Below are positions 22,477-35,023 of a stretch of 64,000 nt of DNA, piece by piece; the first letter of the stretch is position 1, and each line of letters starts with the position of its first letter. The position numbers and the translations under genes were made by a program. Source of the DNA: an uncultured virus (IMG/VR IMGVR_UViG_3300035521_000126) (Duplodnaviria; Heunggongvirae; Uroviricota; Caudoviricetes); IMG/VR virus record IMGVR_UViG_3300035521_000126, positions 1 through 64,000 of that record; one strand, written 5' to 3'. Below the pieces are notes generated by a model. That model was not told where the DNA came from. It saw nothing but the letters and a program-made list of their open reading frames with translations, and ran no database searches.

Positions 22477-25400
22477 ACAGAACTTTGATTTTAATGGTTT
22501 ATATGACATTCCAGTGCTGGAATTATGTAATCCAGACAAAAGACAAATTGGCATTTTAACAAATGTAAAAAATTTAAAATTAAGTTTGAGATATAATAAT
22601 GTGTCTGAAATGTCTTTTACAGTTTATGCTAAAATAAACGACGTGGATTATCCATATTATGATTTAGTAAGAAAGATGCGATTAATTCATGTCGAAAATA
22701 TGGGATATTTTGTTATTTCAGAAGTGAATGAGCATTTTGAATATGACATTCCGTACAAGGAAGTATCTTGTTATTCAGCAGAATATATGCTGAATTATAA
22801 ACCAATAAATATTTGTACTACCACATTAACTTCAACCTCTAACGCAATTTACAGTAAAAGTTTTAAATTTTATGACGAAAGCTATCCTGATGACACGTTA
22901 ATGTATCAATTGTTTAATGGATTTTATGATTGGAAATTTGATGCAAGCGACCTCGACAAGGATTTAATGAATCAATATCGTTCTTTTAGTGATACTGGCG
23001 ACGGACTTTATGGATTTTTGCAGAATTATGTCGCTTCTGCATATGAATGCGTTTTTATTTATGATATTGAAAATTTCACTGTAAAAGCATATAAAACTTC
23101 TGAAATTGTGAATCAAACAGATATTCTTTTTACTTTTGATAATTTAATTAAAAGTGTTGATATGAAAGAATTATCTGATGATATTTGTACAGTATTATCT
23201 GTTTCTGGTTCTGACCAATTACCATTGTCTTTGATTAATCCTACTGGAACAAGTAATATTTACAATTTTAATTATTACCTACAAGATAAAGATGACGCTT
23301 GGATAGGTAAGAATGTTTATTCTAAAATGGATGATGGCTCTATAAGGCTGGACTCTAATGGAAATAAAGTATTACTAAAAGATTATGTATATGAATGGCA
23401 AGAAAAAATAAAGGAATTAATTTATAGTTCTGATAAAGAAGGTTCATATGCTCAATTACTTTCGGATAGAGCATATTTTAATTCTCAATATAATTTATTA
23501 TATGCGAAATATATTGAAGCTACATCAATTGCCAGTTATTTAACTGAGGCCATTTCTACGTTTAACGAAGAGGAAAAAACAACTAAAAAAACAGGGTGGA
23601 CAACCCTTGCAGTTGGTATTGGACTTGTAGCGATAGGTGTTGGGTTATTATGGCTTAGTGGTGGTGGTTCTAGTACATTGGTCGCTACTGGCACTACAAT
23701 ACTTACGAAAATGGGAGCAGATGCCGCTACAGCGGCAACCATTGCTTCTTATCTTCCTGCCGCTGCTGCAACTTCTGGCAAGTTAGTTTTAGCTAGTGCC
23801 AAAAAAGAAGTTGTGAGTGCTGTTTCATATCTGCCACAAACTCTTGCTATTCAAGCATCAAAAGAAGAATGCCAAAAAATGCTTGATACTGCCAATTCTA
23901 ATAGTGAATTGCTTTTTGGTGGGAATGGCAAAAATGGATATATTAAAAATCTTGATTATTCAACCGTAACAACCGCCGTTAGTGGCACTTCTTCTGTTGC
24001 TATTACAAGTGAAAATACCATGTATATTTGTGGTGATTCTTCTGGTGTAGAAAATCTATCTAAAAGAAAACCAGATTTAAATTCCGAAACAAGTATGCCA
24101 AAATATTATTCTATGAGCGTATTAAACCAAAAAATAGCTCAAATAGATGCCGAAATACAAAAATATATCACAACTTATGGGTATAATTATTATTTCTCCG
24201 AAGAAGATAGAAAAGTTCTTGAACCGTTCCTGATTCAAAGTGAATACACCGATGAAGCATTTACTGCCACAAGCGATGTTACAATTGACGATGATACTGA
24301 TTTAACTCAGTATATTACAACAACTCAAGGAGTAATAACTATCCAAGAATTTTTGTATAGAGAACAAGGATATTATTTTAATTTTTATACAGAATCTACA
24401 ACTAATTCTTGGAATGCAACTCCTGTAAAATTTATACAAGAAACCTTTAGAGATATTGTTGAAGCCAAAAATAATGATGAAGGTACTTATGTTTTAACAT
24501 ATAATGGAAAAACTTGGGATATGAGCGGTACTAAAGAATTTGCCGGAATGACGCTTGGAAAATCCATTGGCATACTGGATAATTCTTCTGCTGCTGGGTA
24601 TAGTTTTGTGAAAGAAGACAAAATTCTTGTAAAATTATTCAATCCAGACATAGAGATGGTTAATACAACAACTATTGCAATGCAACTTGCAGAACAAGCA
24701 TATAACGTGATAGACACAGTTAGTCAGCCAGCATTTTCTTTTAGTATGAATACATCTAATTTTGTATTTCAAAAAGAATTTGAACCTTGGTTAAGTCAAA
24801 TTGGATTTGGTAGTAAAAAAGACAGTAATAAATATCTTGGTTTTGGTACTGTTGTTAATGTCGAATTGGAAAACGGAGAAGTATTACAACCTTTCTTACA
24901 GGAAATTGATATTGATTATGAAGATTCGACCTCTATTGAAATGACATTTGGCAATAAATTTAATTTAGGGACTTCCGAATGGACACTTGGAGATTTGATA
25001 AGTGAAAATACTTCTACTATAAATAGAGTAAGTCGTGCGCTTATTGGAACTTCTTCTGGTGTTTCTAGTTCTGTTTCTTCTATTTCTAGTAACACTACAA
25101 GTACGCTTCAAGCTCTAAGTGGGACTTCTCAGCAAATTAGAGAAGAGCAAGCAAAAATGCTTACAAGTCTGGAAGAAAGCGACACGGCTATAAAAAATAA
25201 TTTGGCCGCTGCTACTACATAGGAAGCAATATTTAATAAACTTACAGGTGGAGACAGCGAGAAACAAGGTTTATATTTAGACACGAGCGACCCACAAATT
25301 TCTTCTGTAACAGGCGAAACTTACTACCCGTTATATATTGGAGCAGAATATATTAAAGCTGGTACTATGGAGTCCATGCGTTTTATTACTCCAATTCTGA

Positions 25401-26026
25401 CAAATGAAGACGGTAGTTCTTATTTGAATTTTGAGAATAACACACTAAAACTTGGTACTTTATATATAGATGAATATGGGATTGCAAGATTATATAATCC
25501 TGAAACTAATGAAGATACTAATATTATAGATAGCATAAACGCCACTGATACAACTCTTTCTAATTGGACTGCTGTTGACGGTAAAAGTATGAACGGAGAA
25601 AAGGTATATGGTAATTCAATTGGGTGGAGTCAATTATCTTCTGATTGTGTGTTCAAATATCTTGGAAGTAACGGAAGCTCTTCTTGGGGTGCTGGATGGT
25701 GGTATTTAACTCTTAGTGATTATAACGCTGTTTTAATCACGTTTGGCTCTGGTTCTACTGATGGCAATAATGTATCGCAACCTACAACGGCAATATGTGC
25801 AGTTGGTTCAAGTGGTTCAGTATTTGGTAGAATGTATCATGGGAAACTATTTGGTTCTAACCATCCTATTGGATATAGAACTTTTAGCGTCAATACGAAT
25901 GGGGTATATTTTAACGACCCAGCTTGGCATGGATTTGGCCTTGGTAAAACATGGCAAACAACAGATGAAACAAGAAAAGGTTTTGTTCCAAGAAAAATAT
26001 ATGGCATAAAATTTGGAAATAGTTAA
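22460..26026 (+). CDS. Tail tip/hub (Tal-like) minor structural protein (1 recoded TAG)
   Basis: The 920-aa ORF continues through TAG 25220-25222 (T-T-*-EAIFNKLTGG...QGLYL) into the 25367..26026 ORF in the same frame. Confidence 0.75.
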
Positions 26027-26059
26027 TAATATTCTTATTATAAAGAAGCAAGGGGTTTT

Positions 26060-26353
26060 ATGGATATTGTAAAATTTATAATTATAAATAAAGAGAATAA
26101 TAGATTACAACAAGGTACATATGCAATAAAAGAAGTTGTTCCATCAAATGCAATAATTGTTAATGAGTTGCCAAATAATGTAGAATATTGGGATGACTAT
26201 ATTTATGAAAATGACGAAATAATATATTCCCCAATAGAACGAAAATCTAATGATGAAAATTATATAAATTCTACTTCTCAAGATATTAATGACATTGATA
26301 AATTACAGGCACAGATTGCTTATACAGCAATGATAACTGGAACTTTAATTTGA
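26060..26353 (+). CDS. Small tail-associated protein
   Basis: 97 aa; C-terminus LQAQIAYTAMITGTLI is typical of genes preceding XkdX. Confidence 0.6.
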   Translation: MDIVKFIIINKENNRLQQGTYAIKEVVPSNAIIVNELPNNVEYWDDYIYENDEIIYSPIERKSNDENYINSTSQDINDIDKLQAQIAYTAMITGTLI

Positions 26354-26363
26354 GGCGTAAATT

Positions 26364-26492
26364 ATGAGTTTTTTTGACATTAAAAGATGGTATAATTTAA
26401 AATTATGGACAAAAGATATGGTTCACAAGGCAGTAGAATTAAACTATATTACAAAAGAGCAATATAAAGATATTATAAATGAAGAATATTAA
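26364..26492 (+). CDS. XkdX-family protein
   Basis: MSFFDIKRWYNLKLWTKDMVHKAVELNYITKEQYKDIINEEY (below the ORF-track cutoff). Confidence 0.75.
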   Translation: MSFFDIKRWYNLKLWTKDMVHKAVELNYITKEQYKDIINEEY

Positions 26493-26517
26493 AATCTTAA
26501 TATAAGGGAGTGATACT

Positions 26518-28266
26518 ATGGCCGATTTAAATTCAACACATATAAAATATGTTCTTGACAAAGATAATTAGTTGCATCAAATTGATTATAATTATTTGGC
26601 GAACCTCCCTGCTTCATTAAAAAATCCATTTTCATTAGATATTTTTGGACATGAATATGATGGTTCTTCTAAGCTTACAATAAATAAAGATATTGCAACA
26701 AATGACACACTTGGTTTTGTTATGCCAGAATTAAAAACAGATGACATGATTTCCCCTGTTGGTGTAGACAGTTCTGGCAAGTTATATTCAAAAGCTTTGT
26801 CAGTTAATGTTGATACATATATATCTTCAAGTAGCACAAATCCAGTACAAAATAAAGTTATATATAATTCTATTTAGGATTTACAAGATAGCATAGATAA
26901 AAAAATAAGTAAAACGGATTTTGAAAATGCGATTTCTTCTCTTAGGAATGCAGATACAGATATTTTAAATAAAATACAAGATATTGATTTAGAATATAAA
27001 AAATCTGACGAAGAAATATTATCTAATCTAAATAACTATAAAACATAGACAGATGAAACAATATCAAATGGTTTCAAAAATTATGACAGTAAATTTGAAC
27101 AGATTCAAGATGAAATTAATGATTAGAATAATAATTTTCAATCAGATATTGATTCTATTAAAGAAACTGTGTCGTTACAAATGTGGGTAGTAAAATTTAA
27201 TTCTTATTCTGACATGAGAAGTTACGTTCAAAATCAGGAAAATTTGTCTAACTTAAAAATTCCTACTATTTTTGTGATAGATGACGAAACCTCAAATACA
27301 TACTATTGGGACGGTTAGAGTATAAAACTTATGGCGGTCAAATCTGCTGATTTTAGTGGAAATTTCTTAACATATAATAATCCCAAGGGTAACGGCTACC
27401 TATCCATGAATCAATTAGACGAATATTCTGTTGGTAATTACTCCACTACTTTTGGGAGCGAAAACGCTTCAATTGGAATATTTAGTACGTCATTTGGAAC
27501 TGGAAATATTTCTTATGGTGATTATACAACTGTTTGCGGAGCGTATTCTTTATTAGATACAAACGGACTATTTTTAAATATTATTGGAAATGGAATTAGT
27601 GAATCCAAACGAAATAACGCATACTCTATTGATTTTGGCGGAAATTCAAAATATTCAGGAGACGTTATTGCTTATTCAAATGGAATTGAAAGAACTGCTT
27701 ATTGCAAAGTATCAAATGAATATTTAATCTATTAGGATTACACCTCTGAATTATATATAGATATAAATTGGGAAAAGTTTAAAGAAAATTTAGGAGAAAA
27801 CTCTAATACATACAGTTTTGTATATTATGATGGTGTATGGAACTTATTTGACAAATATGGGCTTATTAAAGAAAATGTTTTATATACTGATTATGGGATA
27901 GAAATAGTGTTTAATCCTTCTGAATCTGATATAGATTCCGGGGCAGACCCAAATACTCCAATAGAAAATATAATTGATTTTTCTGATAGAGATGTAATTT
28001 TTATAAATTATTCTAATAATAATTTAATTAGTTTAAAAGACGTAAATAGTAAATTAGAAACAAATACAATAGATTTATCCAACGAAATTGAATCAATAAA
28101 AACTGATATTTCCTCTATTAAAGAACAACATAAAACAGACATTGATACTATTCTTGAAGAAATTGAATCAATCAAAGAAAGATTAGATAAACTTGAGAAT
28201 CCAGATTCAGATAAAGATACTGATTCTGGCGAAGAATCTACTGATAAATCGAATACTAATAAATAA
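26518..28266 (+). CDS. Tail fibre-like protein with coiled coils and YadA-head-like repeats (6 recoded TAG)
   Basis: One frame links the 26572, 27331 and 27907 ORFs; TAG at 26569, 26875, 27046, 27124, 27316, 27733; G..S...G repeats. Confidence 0.7.
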
Positions 28267-28286
28267 ATAACAAAGGGGCGTTCAAT

Positions 28287-28661
28287 ATGAATGAAAATTT
28301 AGATTCTATTATAGAAAAATTAAGCAATCAAATTGAAGAAATTAAAATAGATTTTCAAAATAAAATTGAAGACATATATGATGCTTTAAATATAGTAGAA
28401 GAAGATTTAGAAAAAAGACCAGCTACATTTGTATTTGAAAATTATAAAGCTATGTGCGAATGGTTTTCTATTGAAGAAAATGTAAGAAGTCTTGATATTG
28501 GCGCTACCGTATATTTGATTCATGGACATACAAATTACTTTTGGGACGGAGAGATTTTAAAGAGTATTAAAGACCCTGATTCATACCCATATTATCCTCC
28601 GAATTATGTATATAAAACAAAATATGATATTGAAACCATTGAAAATACTGATGAAAATTGA
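28287..28661 (+). CDS. Hypothetical protein
   Basis: 124-aa ORF; shares a F..Y..M......N...L.I....YFWDG motif with the preceding gene. Confidence 0.65.
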   Translation: MNENLDSIIEKLSNQIEEIKIDFQNKIEDIYDALNIVEEDLEKRPATFVFENYKAMCEWFSIEENVRSLDIGATVYLIHGHTNYFWDGEILKSIKDPDSYPYYPPNYVYKTKYDIETIENTDEN

Positions 28662-28676
28662 TTGTGGTGATTTTTA

Positions 28677-29063
28677 TTGCAGAAAGAAGCAACTTTAATT
28701 GCCGCACAACAAATCCCTAAAATGCACATTATATAGGGTGATAGCCTTATGTTTGCTATACAATTCATTGATGCGAACTAGACTATAATAATTCCCAGTG
28801 CGTCAGATGAAGTTCAATGGTTTTTATATCCATTTAGAATTGATTCTGACCCAATATTAATGTATTCTAACAAGAATAATTCTGGATATAAAAACAATAT
28901 ATTTGTTGCTGATAATGGAGTAATATATATTAGTATAGATTCTGAAGATACAAAGTTATTAGATTCAGAAAAATATATTCAAATCCCAGTTTTGAAATAT
29001 GATAAAACTACATATGTAAAAGCATATGGCGAAATAAATGTTATAAAAGGAGTTGGCAATTAA
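28677..29063 (+). CDS. BppU-N-like baseplate protein (2 recoded TAG)
   Basis: TTG start; IPKMHII(TAG)GDS aligns with IPDIEFISGDT of 30485..30832; TAG at 28734 and 28779. Confidence 0.6.
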
Positions 29064-29581
29064 TGATTAATAAAGACTTTGCAAATACAATAAATTATAT
29101 CATATTTGGTCAGCAATCAGCCAACTCTATTTATAACTATTATTATATTGGAATATGTTCTGAAAAAATAGAAAATGGAATTATTAATTCTGAAATATTT
29201 CCACAAGACGGGAAAAGAATAAGAATACCAAATAGTGCAGATTATTTTCATGTTGAATATGATAATTCTTTAGGGTGTAGCGTCGTAAAAAATGTTAATG
29301 CTATTACTTTTAATTTGAACAAATCTACTGATACTAAAATAAACTCAATATTTGTTGCAACTTCACAAGACACCAAAGATGCTATTTTGTGGAAAAATCT
29401 GTCACAAACTAAAACTGTATCAAGTGGAAATAAATTTGTTATATTAGCAAATGCACTTGAATTTATTTTAGGAGGCCAAGCTTCTTCTGGTACTTCTGGT
29501 GGAGAATTAATTGTTGATGATAATGGATATTTAAGAAGTAGTTTATTTTCGGTAACAGACAGTGGAGAACTTGTATTGTGA
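29063..29581 (+). CDS. Baseplate/tail protein
   Basis: 172 aa; paralogous to 29830..30264. Confidence 0.65.
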   Translation: MINKDFANTINYIIFGQQSANSIYNYYYIGICSEKIENGIINSEIFPQDGKRIRIPNSADYFHVEYDNSLGCSVVKNVNAITFNLNKSTDTKINSIFVATSQDTKDAILWKNLSQTKTVSSGNKFVILANALEFILGGQASSGTSGGELIVDDNGYLRSSLFSVTDSGELVL

Positions 29582-29591
29582 CGGTGTAAAT

Positions 29592-29795
29592 ATGGATAGC
29601 AATACAAATGAATATATTATTGGATTACCAGATATTAACATTTCAAATTCAATTATTGGATATACTAATAAGAATTATAATATAATTCCGTATAGAATTT
29701 TTATACCAGAACTTAATAGACGTGCAACTGGTGCGGCTGATTTAAATTATTATTTTGATTTTTAGATAATTGAATCTTTATTATAGGAGAAATAA
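29592..29795 (+). CDS. Small hypothetical protein (2 TAG near C-terminus)
   Basis: ATG 29592; TAG 29763 and 29784; TAA 29793-29795. Confidence 0.5.
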
Positions 29796-29829
29796 CGCAA
29801 TAATCATTGTATGAAAGGGCGTGATGTGA

Positions 29830-30264
29830 ATGATTAGTTCTTCTCTTGCTAAACAAGTAAATCAATTGTTATTTGGTGGTAACTCACTAAGCGTTCCGGG
29901 GTATTGGTATCTTGGTCTAAGCACCTTTGAAATAGGCTCTGACGGAAGAGTAATAGAACCAGACCATGTTTCTACTGGTTATTCGCGTGTAAGAATTGCA
30001 AATACTACTGATAATTTTGAAACAGGTGTTTATTCTAATCCGACTACGAATAAGATTGTTTATTCTTAGAATAAAAATAAAATAGCAATTTCCAGTATTA
30101 CAAAAGGTAGCGCGGTTACAGTTAAAGCTGTATTTATATGTTCTACTCAAACTGGGACTAATGCAGACTTTTGGATTAATTTAACAAATCCTGTTACAAT
30201 TCAAGTTGGTAGTACAATGTATATAAATGCTGGCTCATTAAGATTTACTTTAGGTTCTTTGTAA
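29830..30264 (+). CDS. Baseplate/tail protein (1 recoded TAG)
   Basis: WYLGLST...EP...GYSRV motif; similarity to the 29063 paralogue continues past TAG 30067. Confidence 0.7.
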
Positions 30265-30276
30265 TGAGGTGGATAT

Positions 30277-30471
30277 ATGAGAGATTTTGAATATACACCT
30301 AAATTTACAGAGACTAATATAGGAATTCTCGGTAGAGTTTATCGTGACGGATATTTGTATTAGAATACAAAAGATGAACCATTTACAATAAATATCTCTA
30401 CTTTATATTTAAATTCTTATGTAACTGGCGAACTTGGTATTTGTTTTGGTATGGAAGTTAGTTTTTCATAA
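30277..30471 (+). CDS. Small hypothetical protein (1 recoded TAG)
   Basis: GAGGTG RBS, ATG 30277, TAG 30361, TAA 30469-30471. Confidence 0.55.
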
Positions 30472-30484
30472 GGAGGTGTAATTT

Positions 30485-30832
30485 ATGGGCAACTTCGTTT
30501 CAAAATATGTTACGCAGATTCCAGATATTGAATTCATCTCTGGTGATACAATTACCATACCGTTTAAGTTCACAGATGCTAATGGTACTGTGATTCAAAG
30601 TTATACACTTGTATGGAAATTATGTCCATATAATGATACAAAAAATACGGTAATAACAAAAACATTAACTGTTACAGGTGGTTCTGCTAATGTTGTTTTA
30701 TCTTCTGAAGATACTAAAAAATTAAAAGGAAAATATGTGCAGCAGCCTGTATTAAGATATACAAGTGGTGGGACTACGACAGACTATATTCGTGCTTACG
30801 GATATATTAATGTTATTGATAGTATAAATTAA
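30485..30832 (+). CDS. BppU-N-like baseplate protein
   Basis: 115-aa beta-rich ORF, AAGGAGG RBS, GDT...LSSEDTKKLKGKY motif. Confidence 0.6.
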   Translation: MGNFVSKYVTQIPDIEFISGDTITIPFKFTDANGTVIQSYTLVWKLCPYNDTKNTVITKTLTVTGGSANVVLSSEDTKKLKGKYVQQPVLRYTSGGTTTDYIRAYGYINVIDSIN

Positions 30833-30867
30833 TTTGAAAATTATTGAGACCCAAAGGTGGGATTTTT

Positions 30868-31062
30868 ATGTTTAATAATGACGAATATTCTGACATATTA
30901 AAAATTATTGAAATGCTAAACAATAATACTAATGAACAATTAGATAATAAGATTAGTAAATTTGATTTTGAGTACGCTGTTTCTATTTTAGAATTAAATA
31001 ATTTAAAGCTAGAAAAGAGAATAAAAGCACTAGAATCATTGTTAGACGTAAAAAGTAAATAA
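30868..31062 (+). CDS. Small coiled-coil protein
   Basis: 64-aa ORF ending LEKRIKALES... Confidence 0.5.
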   Translation: MFNNDEYSDILKIIEMLNNNTNEQLDNKISKFDFEYAVSILELNNLKLEKRIKALESLLDVKSK

Positions 31063-31512
31063 TTTAAGAAAGATAAAAACTAAGATAGATTGAAAATAAT
31101 TTAAATAGTTAAACAATTAATAAATCTATTTTGGCAAAAGCATTCTATTTTTATATAAAAACAATTGCGCTCTTATTTTTAGAATTACTAAATAATAAGA
31201 GATAATGGACTCTATGAAAGCGAAACCCTATGCCCCAGCAAAAATATCAACAGCGAACCTATACCACTAAATTAGCGACATATCCCAAGTTTTAAATGGG
31301 TATTGTTTTGTCTAGGTATAACAGCTATTATTTTAAATTTTGATACAATGGAGAGCAAATATCCTTTCAAATAAACCATATGCCAAAAATTAAGTTAATA
31401 ACCGAATATTAATTTACTAACAAAACAAATTATAAAGGAATAAGATTTTATGAATACAATTAACCTATTTAAAATGATTAAAGATATAAATAATTTAGTG
31501 GGAGGTTGCTAA

Positions 31513-32686
31513 ATGAAAACTACCAATCCAATGAATTATAATAATATCGGATTAGGATGGAATAATGGTGGGGGGGGGTAAAACCCTTTCGGATTGTTCC
31601 GTTGGCAGCACAGTTAAGTTAAAAATAAATGGCGTTAATACAGCATTTATTGTCATTCAACAAGGAAATCCAGATTCGGATGTATACGATGATACTTGTA
31701 ATGGAACTTGGCTTTTAATGAATAACTGCATGGAAATCCGTGCCATTTTTTCTAGTGGGGAAGATACCGGATATTATCCTAGTGAAATTGATACATATTT
31801 GAAAGAATATTATAAAAAATATTTTCCTTCTGATATTCAAAATTTCATATTGCCAGCTAGAGTTCCTTATACCACATATCAAGATGATAAAACTTCTGTT
31901 GTTTCTAAATCGGCAATGTCTTCCGATTATTATACTGGTTTATTTTTACTTAGCGGAGAAGAAGTTGGGTTTGAGTCTACTGACGATGATTATACTGCCG
32001 AAGGAGAACAACTTCCAGATGAAGGTAGTTGTCTAAGATATTTCGCAAGTGGCAATAGAAGTAACCGCAAGGCAACTTATGATGGAGAAAATACATAGTG
32101 GTGGCTTCGTTCCAAGACTGTATCTAAAACATATCTTTTTATTGATGCTGATGGACGAAGAAATGACGAATACTCCGAAAAAGAAAAAGGTATTAGGCCA
32201 GCGATTATTTTAAACTCGGCATTAAATGTTGATAGTAATGGAAATATAAAAGTACCAGATATTAAAGAGTGGCAAAAAAACATTTTGTTATCTGCGCATC
32301 CAATTGGAAGTTATTATTGGAGTAATAACAGCACAAATCCTATGACTCTTTTTGGTGGCATATGGGAACAAATAATTGATAAATTTGTTTATGCGGCTGG
32401 TACAAAAGAAGTCGATGAAACTGGTGGAGAAGAAGAACATACACTTACTGTGAGCGAGATGCCAAGTCATTATCATAGTAGGGTTTACAATACGAATGGA
32501 AATCAATATATACTTACTGGAAATAGTACTGGTAGCGCAAGTAATGGAGCGATGGTGAAAAATAACACCGATAATACTTCCTCTTCATATAGAGGGTATG
32601 TACAGACTAATAGTTCTGGCGGCAGCCAGCCGCATAATAATATGCCACCATATATTGTCGCCTACTGTTGGCGCAGAGTTGCTTAA
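31513..32686 (+). CDS. Fibre/receptor-type protein: WWLRS (DUF6273-like) domain plus tail-collar/baseplate-like C-terminus; G9 tract after codon 19; 1 recoded TAG
   Basis: TAG 32096 is directly followed by WWLRS...GIRPA and the frame joins 32285..32686 (HPIGS...GGEEEHTLT...HNNMPPY); ATG 31513 (GGAGG RBS) is out of frame across G9; alternative in-frame ATG at 31565. Confidence 0.7.
31570..31578 (+). repeat. G9 homopolymer tract
   Basis: Nine consecutive G in an AT-rich region at a gene 5' end. Confidence 0.9.
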
Positions 32687-32810
32687 AAGACTTTATAATA
32701 TAATTTTTTAAAGGTAGATAGATAATAAATATTGAAAAATGAATAGGGATAAACATCCCTTATTAAATATAATTTTTATAAAATAAACTATAAAGGGGTG
32801 TTTTAAAAAA

Positions 32811-35021
32811 TTGGCTGGAAAATATATCTTTGAAATTCAAGAAAGAACAATTGTTCCTGCTATAACAGATTAGGTTGCTGTTTATGACGATAACCTATCT
32901 CGTTATATTACATTTAAAATACCAGAAGTTATAGACGGAATTGATATAATTGATAAATTAATTATCATCCGTTATGTTAATGCTCTCGGTCAATTTGGTC
33001 AATTCTATTCGCAAGGTAGAGAGACTATTACTGAGGACGATGAAACATACGTATTATTCGATTGGGTTATTGAATCAAAAGTTACTGCCGCAAGTGGTTA
33101 TGTAACATATGACGTATCTGTTTATGATTCTAACTTTGATGGAATTAATACGGCAAGTGATATGTATATCTTGCATACACTTCCGACAAACTTAAAAGTT
33201 GAAAAAGGACTTCTGGAAGTTAGTCTTGAAGATGAAGACTACAATATGCTTTCTGAGCTTATTGACCAATTTAATGAGATAATTACACAACATTATCTTG
33301 AAGTCAAAAAATCAGAAGAAAACTCTAAGGCTTCCGAAGAGGCCGCTGCTTTAAGTGAATCTAATGCAAAAGCAAGTGAAAATGCTGCTGCTGAAAGCGA
33401 ATCTAATGCGGCGAGTAGCGAGAGTGCTGCCTCAAAGAGTGCAACTGATTCTGCCAATAGTGCAACAGCAAGTGCTAATAGCGCTACTGATTCTAAGAAT
33501 AGTGCTAGTGCTGCCTTGAGTAGTCAAAATGCAGCTAAGACCTCTGAAACAAACGCAAAGAATAGCGAAACTAATGCTAAAACTTCGGAAACCAATTCAA
33601 AGACTTCTGAAACAAACGCAAAAAACTCAGAAACTAACGCTAAGTCTAGTGAAACTAAGGCGGCAACTTCTGAAAGTAATGCGAAAACTTCTGAAAGTAA
33701 TGCGAAAACTTCTGAAAGTAATGCGAAAACTTCTGAAAGTAATGCTGCCGATTCCGCAAGTAATGCTGCTGATTCTGCAAGCGCTGCTGCTACAAGCGCA
33801 GGGAACGCAAAGACCTCTGAAACTAATGCTAAAAATTCAGAAACAAACGCCAAGACCAGTGAAACAAATGCAGGAAGTAGCGCTTCCGCTGCTTCTGCAA
33901 GTGCAGGAAATGCTTCTAGTAGTGCCAATGCGGCTTCTAAGAGTGCTTCCGCTGCTTCTACTAGCGAATCTAATGCGTCAACTTATGCTTCTAACGCTTC
34001 TACTTCCGCATCAAATGCTTCGACGTTTGCAAATACTGCTTCGGCAAAGGCTACCGATGCCTCCAATTCTGCTTCTGCTGCCTCTACAAGTGCTGGCGAA
34101 GCAGCTTCTAGTGCGTCCGCTGCAAAAACCAGCGAAGATAATGCCAAAACAAGCGAAGATAATGCAAAGAAGTCAGAAGAAAATGCAGCTACATCAGAAT
34201 CAAATGCTTCTGATAGTGAAACCAATGCCGCGACAAGTGCTACAACTGCGTCGAATAAAGCAAGTGACGCTGCTGCTTCTGCAACTAATGCTAAAAATTC
34301 TGAAACCAATGCTGCCACAAGTAAGAATGACGCGGCAACATATGCGTCAAATGCTTCTACAAGCGCAAGTGAAGCACAACAAAGTAATACAAACGCAGAA
34401 ACAAGTGCAAATAGAGCTGCCGATAAAGCAAGTGAAGCCGCCAATAGTGCAACTGCTGCCGCAAAATCTGCTGCTGATGCTTTAGAATACTTGAATCAAG
34501 TTAAAACTGTGAGTAGCGGAGCGCAAGGTTATTATGAAACACCGGAAAAACTAAAAGAAAGCGTTCCAGATGGCACTACTGGCTATTGGGCTATTGTAGG
34601 CTCTACCGATACAATTTGGGTTTGGGACGATGAAACCTCCGACTGGAAAGATAGTCATGATATGACTAAATTTACAGAATATTATACTATCACTCAAATT
34701 GACAGTAAATTAAAACAGGTACAGACAGATATTGATACAGCTAAGACAGAAACAAAATCGGTTTCTTATACAATTACTGTTCCTGCTAGTGGATGGACTG
34801 GAAGCTCCGCCCCGTATAGCAACACAGTCATTGTTGATGGTATTACCGCCGACACAGTTCTAAGTGATATTAGTCTTGCAAGTTCTAGTATCGGCGTGGC
34901 CTCTGCTGAAGCTGCCGCTCAAACTTGGTCGTATCTTGATACAAGTGCCGGAAGGGTCACTTTTTATAGTAGCACTATCCCCACTGCTGACTTTACAATA
35001 GTAGCAAGGGAGGTTAAGTAA
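32811..35021 (+). CDS. Long tail fibre with Ala/Ser-rich heptad repeats (1 recoded TAG)
   Basis: TTG start, TAG 32871, in frame with 33162..35021; AKTSETN-type repeats like side tail fibres. Confidence 0.8.
33665..33745 (+). repeat. 21-bp coding tandem repeat (about 3.9 copies)
   Basis: AACTTCTGAAAGTAATGCGAA units encoding TSESNAK. Confidence 0.9.
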
Positions 35022-35023
35022 TA

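Noticed and set aside
32096..32215. Second DGR variable region in the WWLRS domain
   Set aside because: No nucleotide similarity to the TR at 39097-39208 by eye.
33300..34480. CRISPR array or non-coding repeat; ORFs 33524..33928(-), 33529..34485(+), 33983..34444(-)
   Set aside because: The repeats are in-frame heptad-coding units without spacers; the extra ORFs are shadows of the low-complexity fibre gene.
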